Positions 1 through 12,820 of a DNA stretch of 55,532 nt are shown piece after piece. Position numbers and translations under genes: made by a program. The notes below the pieces were generated by a model that saw nothing but the letters and a program-made list of their open reading frames with translations, was not told the origin of the DNA and made no database searches. This DNA is from Chiloscyllium plagiosum. Taxonomy: Eukaryota. The stretch lies in the NCBI RefSeq assembly GCF_004010195.1, contig NC_057746.1:478397-533928 (forward strand), in the 5' to 3' direction. How positions within the stretch are numbered: the stretch's first letter is position 1; each line of letters begins with the position of its first letter.

Positions 1-24
1 CATCGACATATCCCTTTTTTCACT

Positions 25-150
25 CTCCCCTCCACCCCCCACTGCCCATCACCATATACCCTCCTGCACTCACCCCTCCACTCCCCCACTGCTCATCACC
101 ATGTCCCCTCCTACACTCCACTTCCCCCACTGCCCACCGCCATGTCCCCA
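25..150. repeat. C-rich minisatellite
   Basis: About three degenerate copies of ctccactcccccactgcccatcaccatgtcccc. Confidence 0.6.
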
Positions 151-334
151 TGTGTGACAGTGCAGATCCCACTGTGCTCTTGTTTTGTGTGCATTTCGTT
201 ATGGGCTGGAGTCAGGTAGCCTTTGTTACCTCGAAGCCAGTGTGGTTGTTGCGGTGGGTCAGAGATAAGTGACATAGTGAACTCCCACAAAATTATAGAA
301 ATTATGACTGTTGCATGAACAGTCGTAGGATCAC

Positions 335-613
335 GACAGTACTGAAAGAGGCCATTTGGCCAATCGAGTCTGCACTGACCCTCTGAAGAGCGTCCCACCC
401 TATTCCTGTAACTGTGCATTTCCCGTGACTAATCCACCCGCCTGGACACTATGAACAATATTAGCATGGCCAGTTCACCTAACCTTTGGACTGTGGAAGG
501 ATACTGGAGCACCCAGAGGATACCCACACAGACAGTCACTGAAGGTTAGAATCAAACCTGGGACCCTGGTGCTGTGAGGCAGCATTGCTAACCACTGAGC
601 CATCAGGCCACCC
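335..613 (-). mobile_element. HE1-type tRNA-derived SINE
   Basis: Reverse complement of the GGTGGCTCAGTGGTTAGC head, the central domain and the CR1-like tail. Confidence 0.85.
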
Positions 614-729
614 CTGATACACTCCTGGATCATACAGTAACTGGACATTGAGACATTCATAGAGTGCTATCTTTATGTCAAGGACAGTCACTCTCCCCTC
701 ATCTCTCGAATTCGGCTCTTTTGTTCAGG

Positions 730-1205
730 TTTGGAACCCCAGATTCTAATGAGGTCAGGAGCGAAGTGGCCCTTGTGGGAGTCACATTGATTGTTCGTGA
801 GCAAGTTATTGCTGAGAAGTGCTGCATGATAAAACTATGGACAATACCTTCCATCAGTTAGGATGAACTAATGGAGAGTGCAGACGAGATTGGATTAGCC
901 CTGCATTTTGTGGTTGGGACATTGTTGGTTGGATCTTAGCGTGTAGTGTCTGGAACACTTTATGGTTAGTCCTTCAGTGCTTTAGCAGAGATGTTGTCCG
1001 GGCCCATAGCCTTTGCTGAGTCAAGTCTCTTCAGTTATTTCAGCGGGTTTGTCGTAAGGTGGTTGTGAAGCTTCAGCCACTTCATTTGAACCTGATGAGC
1101 TTGGATTCCTCCATCATTGAGGATGTGAATATTTCTCGGGTACTGCTCTGATGAACTGTTTCTTTGTGCACCCCCATTCATAACTTGATGCTGTATGGCA
1201 CCAAG
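730..1205 (-). mobile_element. Old LINE ORF2 fragment (CR1/L2 group)
   Basis: Minus-strand degenerate AKAMGPDNI and MEGIV...QHFSAITCS RT-region motifs. Confidence 0.6.
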
Positions 1206-1295
1206 GCTGAGAGCAGACTAATTAAGTCTTAAAGGTAGAGAGATGGGCTTTAGTAGATAAAGAATGTAGTTTGTAACTGGGTAGAGATGTTGTCT

Positions 1296-4200
1296 GTGCA
1301 GCCAGCTCCAGCTCCTCACAGACCGTGTTAGGGAACTGGAGTTGGAGTTGGATGAACTAAGGATTATTTGAGAGGCTGAGAGGGTGATAGATAGAAGCTA
1401 CAGGGACATAGTTACGCCAGAGAACAGAGGTAGCTGGGTAACAGTTAGAGGTGGGAAGGGGAGGAAGCAGGCAGAGCAGGGATCCCCTGTGGTCGTTCCC
1501 CTCAACAATAAGTATATCATTTTGGATACTGTTGGGGGGACGGCTTAGCAGGGGTAAGCTGCAGTGACCGGGTCTCTGGCACGAGGTCCAGCTCTGAGGC
1601 TCAGAAGGGAAAGGGGGAGAGGTGGAGAGCGCTAGTTATAGGAGACTCTATAGTTAGAGGGACGGACAGGCGGTTCTGTGGNNNNNNNNNNNNNNNNNNN
1701 NNNNNNNNNNNNNNNNNNNNNNNNNNNNNNNNNNNNNNNNNNNNNNNNNNNNNNNNNNNNNNNNNNNNNNNNNNNNNNNNNNNNNNNNNNNNNNNNNNNN
1801 NNNNNNNNNNNNNNNNNNNNNNNNNNNNNNNNNNNNNNNNNNNNNNNNNNNNNNNNNNNNNNNNNNNNNNNNNNNNNNNNNNNNNNNNNNNNNNNNNNNN
1901 NNNNNNNNNNNNNNNNNNNNNNNNNNNNNNNNNNNNNNNNNNNNNNNNNNNNNNNNNNNNNNNNNNNNNNNNNNNNNNNNNNNNNNNNNNNNNNNNNNNN
2001 NNNNNNNNNNNNNNNNNNNNNNNNNNNNNNNNNNNNNNNNNNNNNNNNNNNNNNNNNNNNNNNNNNNNNNNNNNNNNNNNNNNNNNNNNNNNNNNNNNNN
2101 NNNNNNNNNNNNNNNNNNNNNNNNNNNNNNNNNNNNNNNNNNNNNNNNNNNNNNNNNNNNNNNNNNNNNNNNNNNNNNNNNNNNNNNNNNNNNNNNNNNA
2201 ATGGTATAACAGCTGCAGGAAGGCAGTTCGAGGGGGATCTGCCTTTGTAGGTAGTATGGGCTGAAGTCAGAAATAAGAAAGAAGCAGTCATCTTGTTGGG
2301 TGTTTACTATAGGCCCCCCAATAGCAGCAGAGATGTGGAGAAACAGATTGGGAAACAGATTGGGAAACAGATTTTGGAAAGGTGCAGAAGCCACAGGGTA
2401 GTAGTCATGGGTGATTTCAACTTCCCGAATATTGATTGGAAGCTCTTTAGATCAAGTAGATTGGACGGGGTGGTGTTTGTGCAGTGTGTCCAGGAAGCTT
2501 TTCCAACTCAGTATGTAGATTGTCCGACCAGAGGGGAGGCCATATTGGATTTGGTACTTGGTAACGAACTGGGACAAGTGATGGGCTTGTTAGTGGGGGA
2601 GCATTTTGGTGATGGTGACCACAATTCTGTGACTTTCACCTTGGTTATGGAGAGAGATAGGTGCGTGCAGCAGGGTAGGTATTACAATTGGGGGAAGGGT
2701 AAATACGAAGGGCAAGACAGGATCTGAGGAGCATAAATTGGGAGCACAGGCTGTCAGGGAAGGGTGTCGTGGAAATGTGGAACTTTTTCAAGGAACAGAT
2801 ACGACGTGTCTTTGATATGTATGTACCTGTCAAACAGGAAAGAGATGGTCGTGTGAGGGAACCTCGGTTGACGAGGGAGGTTGAATGTCTTGTAAGGAGG
2901 AAGAAGGGGGCTTACATAGGGTTGAGGAAACAAGGTTCAGACAGAGCATTGGAGGGTTACAGGATTGCCAGAAGGGATCTGAGGAAAGGGATTAGGAGAG
3001 ATAAGAGAGGGCATGAAAAATCTTTGACGGATAGGATCAAGGATAACCCCAAGGCATTTTATGCGTATGTGAGAAACATGAGAATGACGAGAACGAGGGT
3101 AGGTCCGATCAAGGACAGTAGTGGAAGACTGTATATTGAGTCGGAAGAGATAGGAGAAGTCTTGACTGAGTACTTTTCATCAGTATTTACAAACGTGAGG
3201 GACCGTATTGTTGAAGAGGAGAGTGTGAAACAGACTGGTAAGCGAGACGAGATACTTGTTAGGAAGGAAGATGTGTTGGACATTGTGAGTAACTTGAGGA
3301 TAGACAAGTCCCCCGGGCCTGACGGGATATATCCTAGGATTATGTGGGAAGCAAGAGAGGAAATTGCAGAGCCGTTGGCAATGATCTTTTCGTCTTTCAC
3401 TGTCAACGGGGGTGGTACCAGGGGACTGGAGAGTGGCGAATGTTGTGCCCCTGTTCAAAAAAGGGAATAGGGATAACCCCAGAAATTACAGGCCAGTTAG
3501 TCTTATTTCGTTGGTAGGCAAAGTAATGGAAAGGGTACTGAGTGATAGGATTTATGAGTATCTGGAAAGACACTGCTTGATTAGGGACAGCCAGCACGGA
3601 TTTGTGAAGGGTAGGTCTTGCCTTACAAGTCTTATTGAATTCTGTGAGGAGGTGACCAAGCATGTGGATGAGGGTAGAGCAGTGGATGTAGTATACATGG
3701 ATTGTAATAAGACATTTGATAAGGTTCCCCATGGTAGGCTTATGCGGAAAGTCAGGAGGCATGGGATAGAGGGAAATTTGGCCAGTTGGACAGAAAACTG
3801 GCTAACAGGTCGAAGTCAGAGAGTGGTGGTAGATGGTAAATATTCAGCCTGGAGCCCAGTTACAAGTGGAGTTCCGCAGGGATCAGTTCTGGGTCCTGTG
3901 CTGTTTGTAATATTTATTAATTTATTAAGGAAGCGGGAGTCCAAAGGTGGGTCAGAAAATTTGCAGATGATACGAAGATTGGTGGAGTTGTGGATAGTGA
4001 GGAGGGCAGTTGTCGGCTGCAAAGGGACTTAGATAAGATGCAGAGCTGGGCTGAGGAGTGGCAGATGGAATTCAACCCTGCCAAGTGTGAGGTTGTCCAT
4101 TTTGGAAGGACAAATAACAATGAGGAATACAGGGTTAACGGTAGGGTTCTTAGTAAGGTGGAGGAGCAGAGGGATCTTGGGGTCTATGTTCATAGATCTA

Positions 4201-4845
4201 TGAAAGTTACCACTCAGGTGGATAGAGCTTGTCAGAAGGCCTATGATGTATTAGCGTTCATTAGCAGAGGGATTGAATTCAAGAGCTGTGAAGTGATGTT
4301 ACAGCTGTACAGAACTTTGGTTAGGCCACATTTGGTGTACTGTGTGCAGTTCTGGTCGCCTCACTTTAGGAAAGATGTGGAAGCTTTGGAGAGGGTGCAA
4401 AGGTTTATCAGGATGTTGCCTGGAATGGAGAATAGATCGTATGAGGATAGGTTAAGAGTGATCGGCCTTTTCTCATTGGAATGGAAAAGGATGAGGGGTG
4501 ACTTGATCCAGGTTTATGAGATGATCAGGGGAATAGACAGAATAGACAATGAGAAACTTTTTCCCCGGGTACAACAGAGTGTTACAGGGGGACATAAATT
4601 TAAGGTGAAGGGTGGAAGGTATAGGGGAGATGTCAGGGGTAGGATCTTTACCCAGAGAGTGGTGGGGGCATGGAATGCACTGCTTGTGGGAGTGGCAGAG
4701 TCAGAATCTTTGGTGACCTTTAAGCGGCAATTGGATAGGTACATGGATGGGTGCTTTAGCTAGGACAAATGTTCGGCACAACATCGTGGGCCGAAGGGCC
4801 TGTTCTGTGCTGTATTGTTCTATGTTCTATGTTCTATGTTCTATC
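1296..4845 (+). mobile_element. Near full-length CR1 (HER1-like) LINE, frameshifted
   Basis: ORF1 coiled coil and esterase (ALVIGDSIVRGTDRRFCG); APE endonuclease (VYYRPP, MGDFNFP, LDLVL, DH); RT ([25 protein letters not shown] region); 3-prime (CTATGTT)n tail. Contains an N-gap at 1682-2199. Confidence 0.95.
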
Positions 4846-5015
4846 TTTCAGATCCCCCTTATTCAACTTGTTTGTCACACTTCTTAATACGAAAACGTTA
4901 GTAAAATCATTCAAACATGATTTATCCTTAATACAATCATGTCGACTTTGATGGATTGTGGTTTGACTTTCAAAGTCTCCTGTTGTTAATTCCTTAATAA
5001 CAAATTCCAACAATT
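4846..5015 (-). mobile_element. Old CR1 RT fragment
   Basis: KLLEFVIKE...IHQSRHDCIKDKSCL resembles the CR1 KLLESIIK...QSQHGFMKGKSCL segment. Confidence 0.7.
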
Positions 5016-5320
5016 TGTCTTCAGTCCCAATCGTTTGCTCATATCTTTCCATTCCCGAGTGAAGTTGGTTATTCTGAGTTCATCCATTTCCATAACCTTG
5101 ACAGTACGTTTCAATTCCTGTGAAATAGGCACGAGGCTGTGAAAGATCGGCTCTAATTGCTGTTTGAGGGGCATGGGTGGCTGATTGGACTCATTCTGTT
5201 CCTGCTTTACAGACACGATGGGCTGAATGTCCTCCTGGTGTTCCTGCACTATAGCTTCGATGTCTTCCATGTCCTGCGCCTGTTCCTGGCAAAGCCGCTC
5301 AAGATATCATTGTCCGAATC
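5016..5320 (-). pseudogene. Copy C: 5-prime half of the same exon family
   Basis: Phase-1 acceptor (cattgtgcaacag|), reading GFGQ*YLERLCQEQAQDMEDIEA...MEMDELRITNFTREWKDMSKRLGLKT. Matches to copy A: Q*YLERLCQ~QPFLETRPTPCQ, MDELRIT~LEELKIIT, GLKT~GLIT. Premature TGA at 5309-5307; truncated by a CR1 fragment at ~5016. Confidence 0.55.
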
Positions 5321-5416
5321 CTGTTGCACAATGACAAGTTTGGAGACTTATGGAATCTCCCTGCTGTTATGCAACATTTCGAGTGTTGAATTGAGCAGGC
5401 AGGTTGCGTTGTCCAC

Positions 5417-5720
5417 AGTGGGTAGCTCAGTGGTTAGCACCGCTGCCTCCCAGCACCAGAGATCTGGTTCAGTTTCAGTCTCGGGTCACTGTTTGTGTGG
5501 ATAATGCATATTCTCCCTGTGCCTGCAAGGGGTGCCTGTCTGGTACTGCAGTTTCTTCCCAAAGTCCCAAGATGTGCCAGTTAGGTGCATTAGCCATGGA
5601 AAATATTAGGTTGCAGAAATTGGGTTTGGAAGGGGGTTAAGGAGTGGGGTTTGTATGGTATGGCCTTCAGAGGATCAGCGTGGAGTCGATGGGTCAAATG
5701 GTCTCCTTCCATTCTATGAT
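5417..5720 (+). mobile_element. HE1-type SINE (diverged)
   Basis: GCTCAGTGGTTAGCACCGCTGCCTC head and typical body. Confidence 0.8.
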
Positions 5721-6931
5721 TAACACCTTCATTGCAGAAATCAGTTGAGGGAATAATATCTGAGTTAATACCAACACCCTTTCTTAGTGAGGAGATTAAA
5801 TCTGTGCACNNNNNNNNNNNNNNNNNNNNNNNNNNNNNNNNNNNNNNNNNNNNNNNNNNNNNNNNNNNNNNNNNNNNNNNNNNNNNNNNNNNNNNNNNNN
5901 NNNNNNNNNNNNNNNNNNNNNNNNNNNNNNNNNNNNNNNNNNNNNNNNNNNNNNNNNNNNNNNNNNNNNNNNNNNNNNNNNNNNNNNNNNNNNNNNNNNN
6001 NNNNNNNNNNNNNNNNNNNNNNNNNNNNNNNNNNNNNNNNNNNNNNNNNNNNNNNNNNNNNNNNNNNNNNNNNNNNNNNNNNNNNNNNNNNNNNNNNNNN
6101 NNNNNNNNNNNNNNNGAGGATCAGCGTGGAGTCGATGGGTCAAATGGTCTCCTTCCATACTATAGGGATTCTATGATTAACACCTTCATTGCAGAAATCA
6201 GTTGATGGAATAATATCGGAGTTAATACCAACACCCTTTCTTAGTGAGGAGATTAAATCTGTGCACATTACTCCAGATGTGATCTCACTAAGACCCTGTA
6301 CAGCAGCAGCCACACTTTACTAGCTTGTTGTAAGGTTCCCACTCCGGTGAGAGCAGGCTCAGCTGTCACGGGAATACACAATTTTATGCTGACCTTCATT
6401 TCAGGATGATTCGAGTCCAGGAGTAAGGGCGTCTTACTGCAGCTGTACAGGCCCTTGGTGAGATACATCTGGAACATTGTGCAGTATTGTGTGCAGTTCT
6501 GGTCTCCACACCTAATAAAGGACAAACCTGACATTCAGAGAGTGCAGTGAAGGATGACTAGACTGATCTCTAGGATGACAGGCTTGTTGTGGGAGCAGAG
6601 TTGGGGCAACTGTGCCTGTATTCCATGAGGTTTAGGAAAATGGGTGGATGATACAAAACTCTGACATGGCGAGACAGATTGGAAGCAGGGACGATAATTC
6701 CCCTGGGTGGGATGTCCAAAACACGGGCTCACAGTGTTGGGTACAGCCAGGACAAAGTGCGTTGAGATGAGACTAAATGTCTGCACTCAGAGACTGGTGA
6801 ACTTGGGGAATTATTTCCCTGATCAGGCTGTGAAAGCTAAGTTCCTGAATTTCAATAAGGATTTCAAGACACAGAAGGGGTGGGGAGAGTGCAGGGGTTT
6901 GGATGTGGAGATGTAGAATCAGCAATAATTA

Positions 6932-7566
6932 CAGGTAGTTATCCAATACTGTGGCAGCTGTGTTCCTGTGGAATACCGTAATATAGAAAACGGTGCAATA
7001 TCAATAATGGGGCCAATGGAAAAAAGAGGCTTCGGTGCGAAACACAAAATTACCAATAAAAATCAATACAAAAATAATAGTCGGCCTAACACAACAATAG
7101 CACAGGCTACATAAATCTTTAAACTGTATATTGTAATGAGTTAGTGTAGGAAATGCCACACTTTCACACTACAGCCACTGACTACAGCGCTGTACCTTTC
7201 ACCAAGATCTTCACCAGAAATCGCGTGGGCTAACTGACCACGTGATGCGGAATTCCAGTTCTCTCCAAAATATTCCCCACCCGGTTTGAAATAAAGTTCC
7301 TTCTGAATGTAAACTACAAATCCCAAAATCAGGCACAGTTTCAAGGCTTGCAGAGCGGATTACATTCCTGCTTTATCTGAACACACTGAGGGTGCATTTG
7401 GCAGACAGAGGGATCCTGAGGCTGGGATTTGCTGTTCAGCTGGTGCCAGAGACGGACTCCCATAACAGTGAACGGGAGCTCGCTTTGTAAAGAAAGGGGC
7501 ACAATTCACTAATTGTGTTGCAGCGAAATTGCGTTTAATAAACACACCTTTTTGGATAACTGTCTG
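6932..7566. mobile_element. Tc1/mariner-pogo (Tigger-like) MITE nested in a CR1 3-prime end
   Basis: TA|CAGGTAGTTATCCAA ... TTGGATAACTGTCTG|TA: 15-bp TIR (13/15 match) with a TA target duplication. The CR1 3-prime UTR (6400-6930) resumes at 7569. Confidence 0.8.
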
Positions 7567-8219
7567 TATATCGAATGGAGGATCAACATTTATGGACCAA
7601 AGCGAACACAGTAGTTCCTATTTTATGTGTTCTGACGATTAAACATGAAAAAGGATATGTGTTGAAAACTGAATTGAGGAGATTTTCACCATGAACTAGA
7701 ATGGAGGATGCTCAGTGTGTTGAATGACCTACTCCTTTCCCGAAGTTGGCAGGCTCCTTTATCAAGACCTGCTTTCTCCAGTGGCACACTCTATCTACTC
7801 TGACTCTCCAGCATCTGCAGTCCTCACTATGTCCTTAAAATGCAGGACAAATCCAGTCCAGTCATTACTGCCCCATCAGTGATGGAAGATGGTGAGGATA
7901 GTGTTATTGACAATAGCTTGCTCACTGACATGGCTTTCGTCTTCCCAATATTTAATTGGAGGAAATTCCTGCTGATCTGGTACTGAATAACTGGATGTTA
8001 CCTAGTACGGTGACAAAATGTCTGAAAATGAACCTTCCAGCTCAGCGAGCAAACTTACATCCAGAACCTCAACCTGAGCTACAAATCTTCTCCAAACTCA
8101 CTAACTGGACAAACAGTCTGATAATCTAGTGATGGAGAGGAAAGAACTGGTCATCAACCTGAAGTGGGTATCAAAGGCGAAGCTGTGAAAGCTAACCTGG
8201 GCTTTTGGATAATGTGACC

Positions 8220-8567
8220 TTATAGAGGTTTATAACATCATGAGGGGTATAGGTAAAGTGAATGGAAGATGTCCTTTCCCTCAGGTGAGGGATTTCAAGT
8301 CTGGGGGTATAAATATAAGGTAAGAGGAGAAAGATTTAAAAAGATGGGGGGGCTTTTTTTTTATATAGCAACTAGTCAGTGTCGGATGAACACTGGATGC
8401 GAGTGGATGCGGGTACAGTTACAATGCGTAAAAGACATTTAGATAAGAACATGAGTAAGGAATGTTTGGAGGGATATGGACCATAAGCAGGAAGGTGGGA
8501 CTAGTTTAGTTTGGGGTTATGATTAGCATGGACCGAAGGGTCTGTTTCCATGCTCTATGACTCTATG
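8220..8567 (+). mobile_element. CR1 3-prime fragment
   Basis: EVYNIMRG...FKVRG C-terminus, conserved 3-prime UTR and CTATGACT tail. Confidence 0.85.
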
Positions 8568-9594
8568 ATGTCACAGGGGCAGCAGACCAATGAGAGACAA
8601 GAGAGGACGAAGAATAGATCTCTGGAGGACACTGGGTGTCACATGCATGAACATGAAGAGAAAAGTCTGTAAGTGATTCTCTGGCCTTAATTAAACAGAT
8701 AAGAATGGAACAGCAGGGAGAGATCCTACCCAGCTGGTTACAAAATCATTTGTGATCTATTTTATGCTTTGAAAAATACATCTGAAACAATAAATGAATA
8801 ACTGTTAACTATAAGAATAACTTAATACAAATGTTCACATAATTCATAAAAGTTCAGCACAGCATGAGAAACTAATTGCAGTTACTAATTGGTTCCAAAG
8901 TTACTTACTGAATGAATGCCTTTTGATATTAATATTTGATGATTAAACAACAGCAATCTTATCTAACATTAAAATAAAACAGAGACAAAAAAGTGAAATG
9001 TCATGCCAATTTACAACAGGCCAGTCAGCATTTGGAAACAGAATGTGAAGTTTCAGATAGTACCTCTCTGACTCAAACAATACATTCACCCTCTTTGTTC
9101 CCAAGGGTGAGGATGGAGAAGATCCCCATTTCATTCTAACTCAGAAGCAAATTATTCAGGATTCTGGAATAGAAACTGAGAATCTGGCAAACACACAGCA
9201 GGTCTGACAGCGTCTGTGGGCAGAAAGCAGAGTTAATGTTTAGGTTCCAGTGACCCTTCCTCAGAACTGATCATGGATGGGTGAAGGTGGGATAGATGCT
9301 GAAGAGGGGGGATTGGGAGGAGCTGGAAAGGAGTAAGTGGATAGGTGGACAAAGAGCCAGAGGGAGAGAAAGACAATTAGGAAGACAAAGGAATGAATGA
9401 TTTCTTGCATCAATGTTTCCTGTTGCTGACCTCCTCTCTCTGCTCAGTTTAAGCTGAAGTGCTGGGCCCCTAATTCTGGGTCTCAATTTATCCTTTTGCT
9501 GGCTCCCTTCTCACTGCTCTATGTGCTGTTAACTCACTCATTTTATTTCGAATGCTATGTTTCTGACAAGAATTCTGTGTCTTTGAATGCTTCT

Positions 9595-9789
9595 TCAGTC
9601 ATTATTTCCACATTGACAGAAAGTCTTTTGCACAAGTTACCAAATATTGATGTGAAGTTCTTTCTGTACTTTATGTGTTCCAACCACTTTTCCAATTATT
9701 TTTTCAATTATTCCTGCTCTTCTCTCATTCCTTAGCATTTCTGCTTCAATGGAACTGATGTCAGCATTTTTAAATTCTTTTAAACTCAA
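9595..9789 (-). pseudogene. Copy B: 3-prime half of the same exon family
   Basis: Reads LSLKEFKNADISSIEAEMLRNERRAGIIEKIIGKVVGTHKVQKELHINIW*LVQKTF. Matches to copy A: KEFKNADISSI~KLFTSDELENI, MLRNERR~VLNNERK, HINIW~YIKIG. The flank 8765-9050 is also homologous to 34755-35020. The 5-prime half is cut off by a foldback element. Confidence 0.55.
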
Positions 9790-9794
9790 GCAAG

Positions 9795-10650
9795 GAAGGA
9801 GAAATTAAATACCCTCTGGTTAAGTGGAGTATGAGGATAGGCAACCATCTGGGCGATGCTACACTCCAATGGAAATAAAAAGGATCAGGCAAGAGCAGTA
9901 ATGCTAGATGAGAAAGCTGAGTAAGCCAAATAAGATATAAGTCAGATATATCAATACTATAGATTACAGTGTGTAGCTGGAGTGTTCAAGAGTTTTTCCA
10001 AAACTGTTTTTAAATATTACACAATCTGAAAGTGAATCCATCTCACTTATGCGTTCCAGGCTGCACTTAACTCAGGCAGATCATGAAAGGACATTTTGGT
10101 ATTCAGTGAGCCCTCAAACAGAGAACAGATTTCCCTGAAGGTGTGAGTAGCCTTGGTCTTTATGAATGCCTCAAGTGGTAAATGAGAAGTCAGTCCTGCA
10201 GTGCGATTACCACTTGCTTGAATTAGGAACACTGAGCCTGCAAGCTGCAATAGCAGCCATTGTTTGGGCAATCCGATATTGCTCAGTACAGACGTTTGGA
10301 CATTATGTCGAGGTTGTACAAGCTGAATCCCAAAAAATCTTTTTATAGTCTTCCTGAGTTAAGTGCAGCCTGGTAGTGATGGAATCCACAAGTGAGATAG
10401 AGTCACTTTCAAATTGTATAATATTTGAAAGCTATTTTCAAAAAAATCTTGAATGTCCTAATTGCATGCTGTAATCTATAGTATCGGTTTCTCTGACTTT
10501 TCTCTTATTTGGCTTACCCAGCTTTCTCATCTAGCATTATTGCTCCTGCCTGATCCTTTCTATTGCCACTGGTATGTAGCACCGCCCATGTAGTTGCATA
10601 TCCCCATGTATCAGGCTCCACATAACCCTAGGGTATTTAACTTCTCCTTT
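9795..10650. mobile_element. Foldback / long-TIR non-autonomous DNA element
   Basis: 9795-10110 is the diverged reverse complement of 10322-10650, e.g. aaggatcaggcaagagcagtaatgctagatgagaaagctg vs cagctttctcatctagcattattgctcctgcctgatcctt. Spacer about 210 bp. Confidence 0.85.
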
Positions 10651-10669
10651 GGCATTTCTTGCTGTTGAG

Positions 10670-11237
10670 GACATACAGGGTGTTGGTGACCTTCTGGAAC
10701 ACTGTGTCCAGTCCTGGTCGCCCTGTTATAGGAAGGATATTATTAAGCTGGAGAGGGTTCATAAGAGATTTACCAGGAGGTTGCTGGGAATGGAAGGTAA
10801 GAATTATATGGAGAGGCTGGATAGGCTGGGACCTTTTTAACTGGAGCTTAGGATGTTGAGGGATGACCTTTTAAAAGTTTAGAAAATTGTGAGGGGCATA
10901 GATAAGCTGAATGACAGCTGACTTTTCCCCTAGGCTCTGGGATTTCAAGACTGGAGGCATATCTTTAAGGTGAGAGGAGAGAGATTTCAAAAAGGCACAA
11001 GAGACAGATTTTTTTCACATAGAGTGGTTCATGTGTGGAATGAACCTCCAGGGGAAGTGGTGGATGTGGGTACAGTTACAACATTTAAAATACATTAGGA
11101 TATGTACATGAATAAGAAAGGGTTGGAAAGATATGGGCCAGGAGCAGGCAGGTGGGACTGGTTTAGTTTGGTATTATGGTCGGCATGGACTGGTTGGGCC
11201 GAAGGATCTGTTTCTGCGCGGTATGAGTCAATGGTTC
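10670..11237 (+). mobile_element. CR1 3-prime fragment
   Basis: LEHCVQSWSP...LERVHKRFTR followed by the 3-prime UTR. Confidence 0.9.
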
Positions 11238-11516
11238 TAGTGGGAAAGCTGGTATAACTGGAGCGATGAACAAACACACAGCCAGCCTCTTGGCAAGCTG
11301 ACATCATCACTGGCAGCCATTTCAGTGGGCACTCTAATATCTGGATGAGGATCTGGGCGATGACGGGGGAGTTGGGATGGTGATCAGCAGAGCAGGAGCA
11401 GTGGATGGGGTGAGGAATGGGCACAAGCTGTCCCCAGCTCCTGGACATCAACTCCTGGCTCCAGGAAGGGAAACCTGCCAGCTGAAGAGGGAGCATGCAG
11501 TCAGGCGCTGGCACCA

Positions 11517-12103
11517 GGGGAAATACAGCAAAATAAATCCATATAATATTTGTATATTCCTACTTTGGAAATAGAACCAGTCTGACTCAAGATTGGGATA
11601 CAGACAGACTCTAACCTCACACCTTTAATGCATTATCTGATCTGACCTTTTTTTTAAATAAAATCTTAAGTTATCTCACAAAGGTGACTTAAAAGAAATT
11701 TTTGGTATTAACGAGCCGAAACCTGTGACTCATCCTAAAAGATGAAAGACTTAACTACAACCTAGGTTTGTTAAACTTATCAATTCAGTTGCATGACACT
11801 GTAATCCTTTTGCTATAAATTCTGTATCCTTATGATCTTGCTTCACAACCCCCTGATGAAGGAGCAGCACTCCGAAAGCTAGTGCTTCCAAATAAACCTG
11901 TCGGACTATAACCTGGTGTTATGTGATTTTTAACTTTCCTGATGAAGAGCCTTTGCCTGAAGCGTTAATTCTCCTGCTCTTCGGATGTTGCCTGACCTGC
12001 TGTGATTTTCCAGCACCACTCTAACCTTGATTCTAATCTCCAGCATCTGCCTGATTTTAAACTTTGTCCACCCCCCCAGTCCAACACTGGCACCTCCACA
12101 TTA
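11517..12103 (+). mobile_element. Penelope-like terminal repeat with hammerhead-like motif, interrupted by a mini-element (11938-12051)
   Basis: CTGATGA-AGGAG-CAGCA-CTCC-GAAAG motif at ~11853. The insert is flanked by tgatttt(t/a)aacttt duplications. Confidence 0.65.
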
Positions 12104-12496
12104 TGGCACAAAGTAGTGACAGCTGAGGAGATGTAGTCCTCAAACATAGGCAGGGAGGGGAAGCCCACCCCTTTTTCAGCCCTTGGCCTGCACAGCGCCC
12201 CCATCTCTCATCTGGCAGTACATTTACACAGACACTTTTGTGGTCTGCCATGACCAGCTGGTGCTACAGGCCATGTCTGCACATGTGTAGGGGGTGATTT
12301 TGGCATTTCAGATAGTCACACTGATAGTAAAAAGGCAGGAAGCCAAGATAAAGAGAGTTCACGTTAAAGAACAGGGCACTCTGCAGCCACAGAGCATTCT
12401 CCAGAGAGGGTCTCCATCACAACGTGGAGAGCCATTTCACAATGACATGGAAGAGACATCTTATCCCGGGATGGTTTCCATCAGGCAGGGACAAAG

Positions 12497-12820
12497 TGGC
12501 GGCATGGTGACTCAGTGGTTAACACTGCTGCATCAAAGCACCAGTGACACGGGTTTGATTCCTGCCTTGGGCTACTGTCTGTGTGGAATGTGCATATTCT
12601 CCCAGTGTCTGTGTGGGTTTGCTCCGGTTTCCCTCCACAATCCAAGGATGTGCAGGTCAGGTGGTTTGGCCATGCTAAGTTGCCCATAGTGTTAGGTGCA
12701 TTAGTCAGGGGTAAAGATAAGGTAGGGGAATGGTTCTGGGTGGGTTACTCTTCAGAGGGTCAGTGTGGACTTGTTGGGCTGAAGGGCCTGTTTCCATATG
12801 GTAGGGAAGCTAATTGTAAT
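12497..12820 (+). mobile_element. HE1-type SINE
   Basis: Full head, body and tail. Confidence 0.9.

Noticed and set aside
5016-5270. Copy C as a Tigger transposase C-terminus or as a classical death domain (WKDMSKRLGL)
   Set aside because: It is better explained by collinear homology to copy A, including the shared splice acceptor phase. The W-K motif appears to arise from local compensating indels. Not fully excluded.
5670-6266. Direct repeat 5670-5809 / 6116-6266
   Set aside because: Near-identical copies flanking an N-gap are typical of a scaffolding or haplotype overlap artefact.
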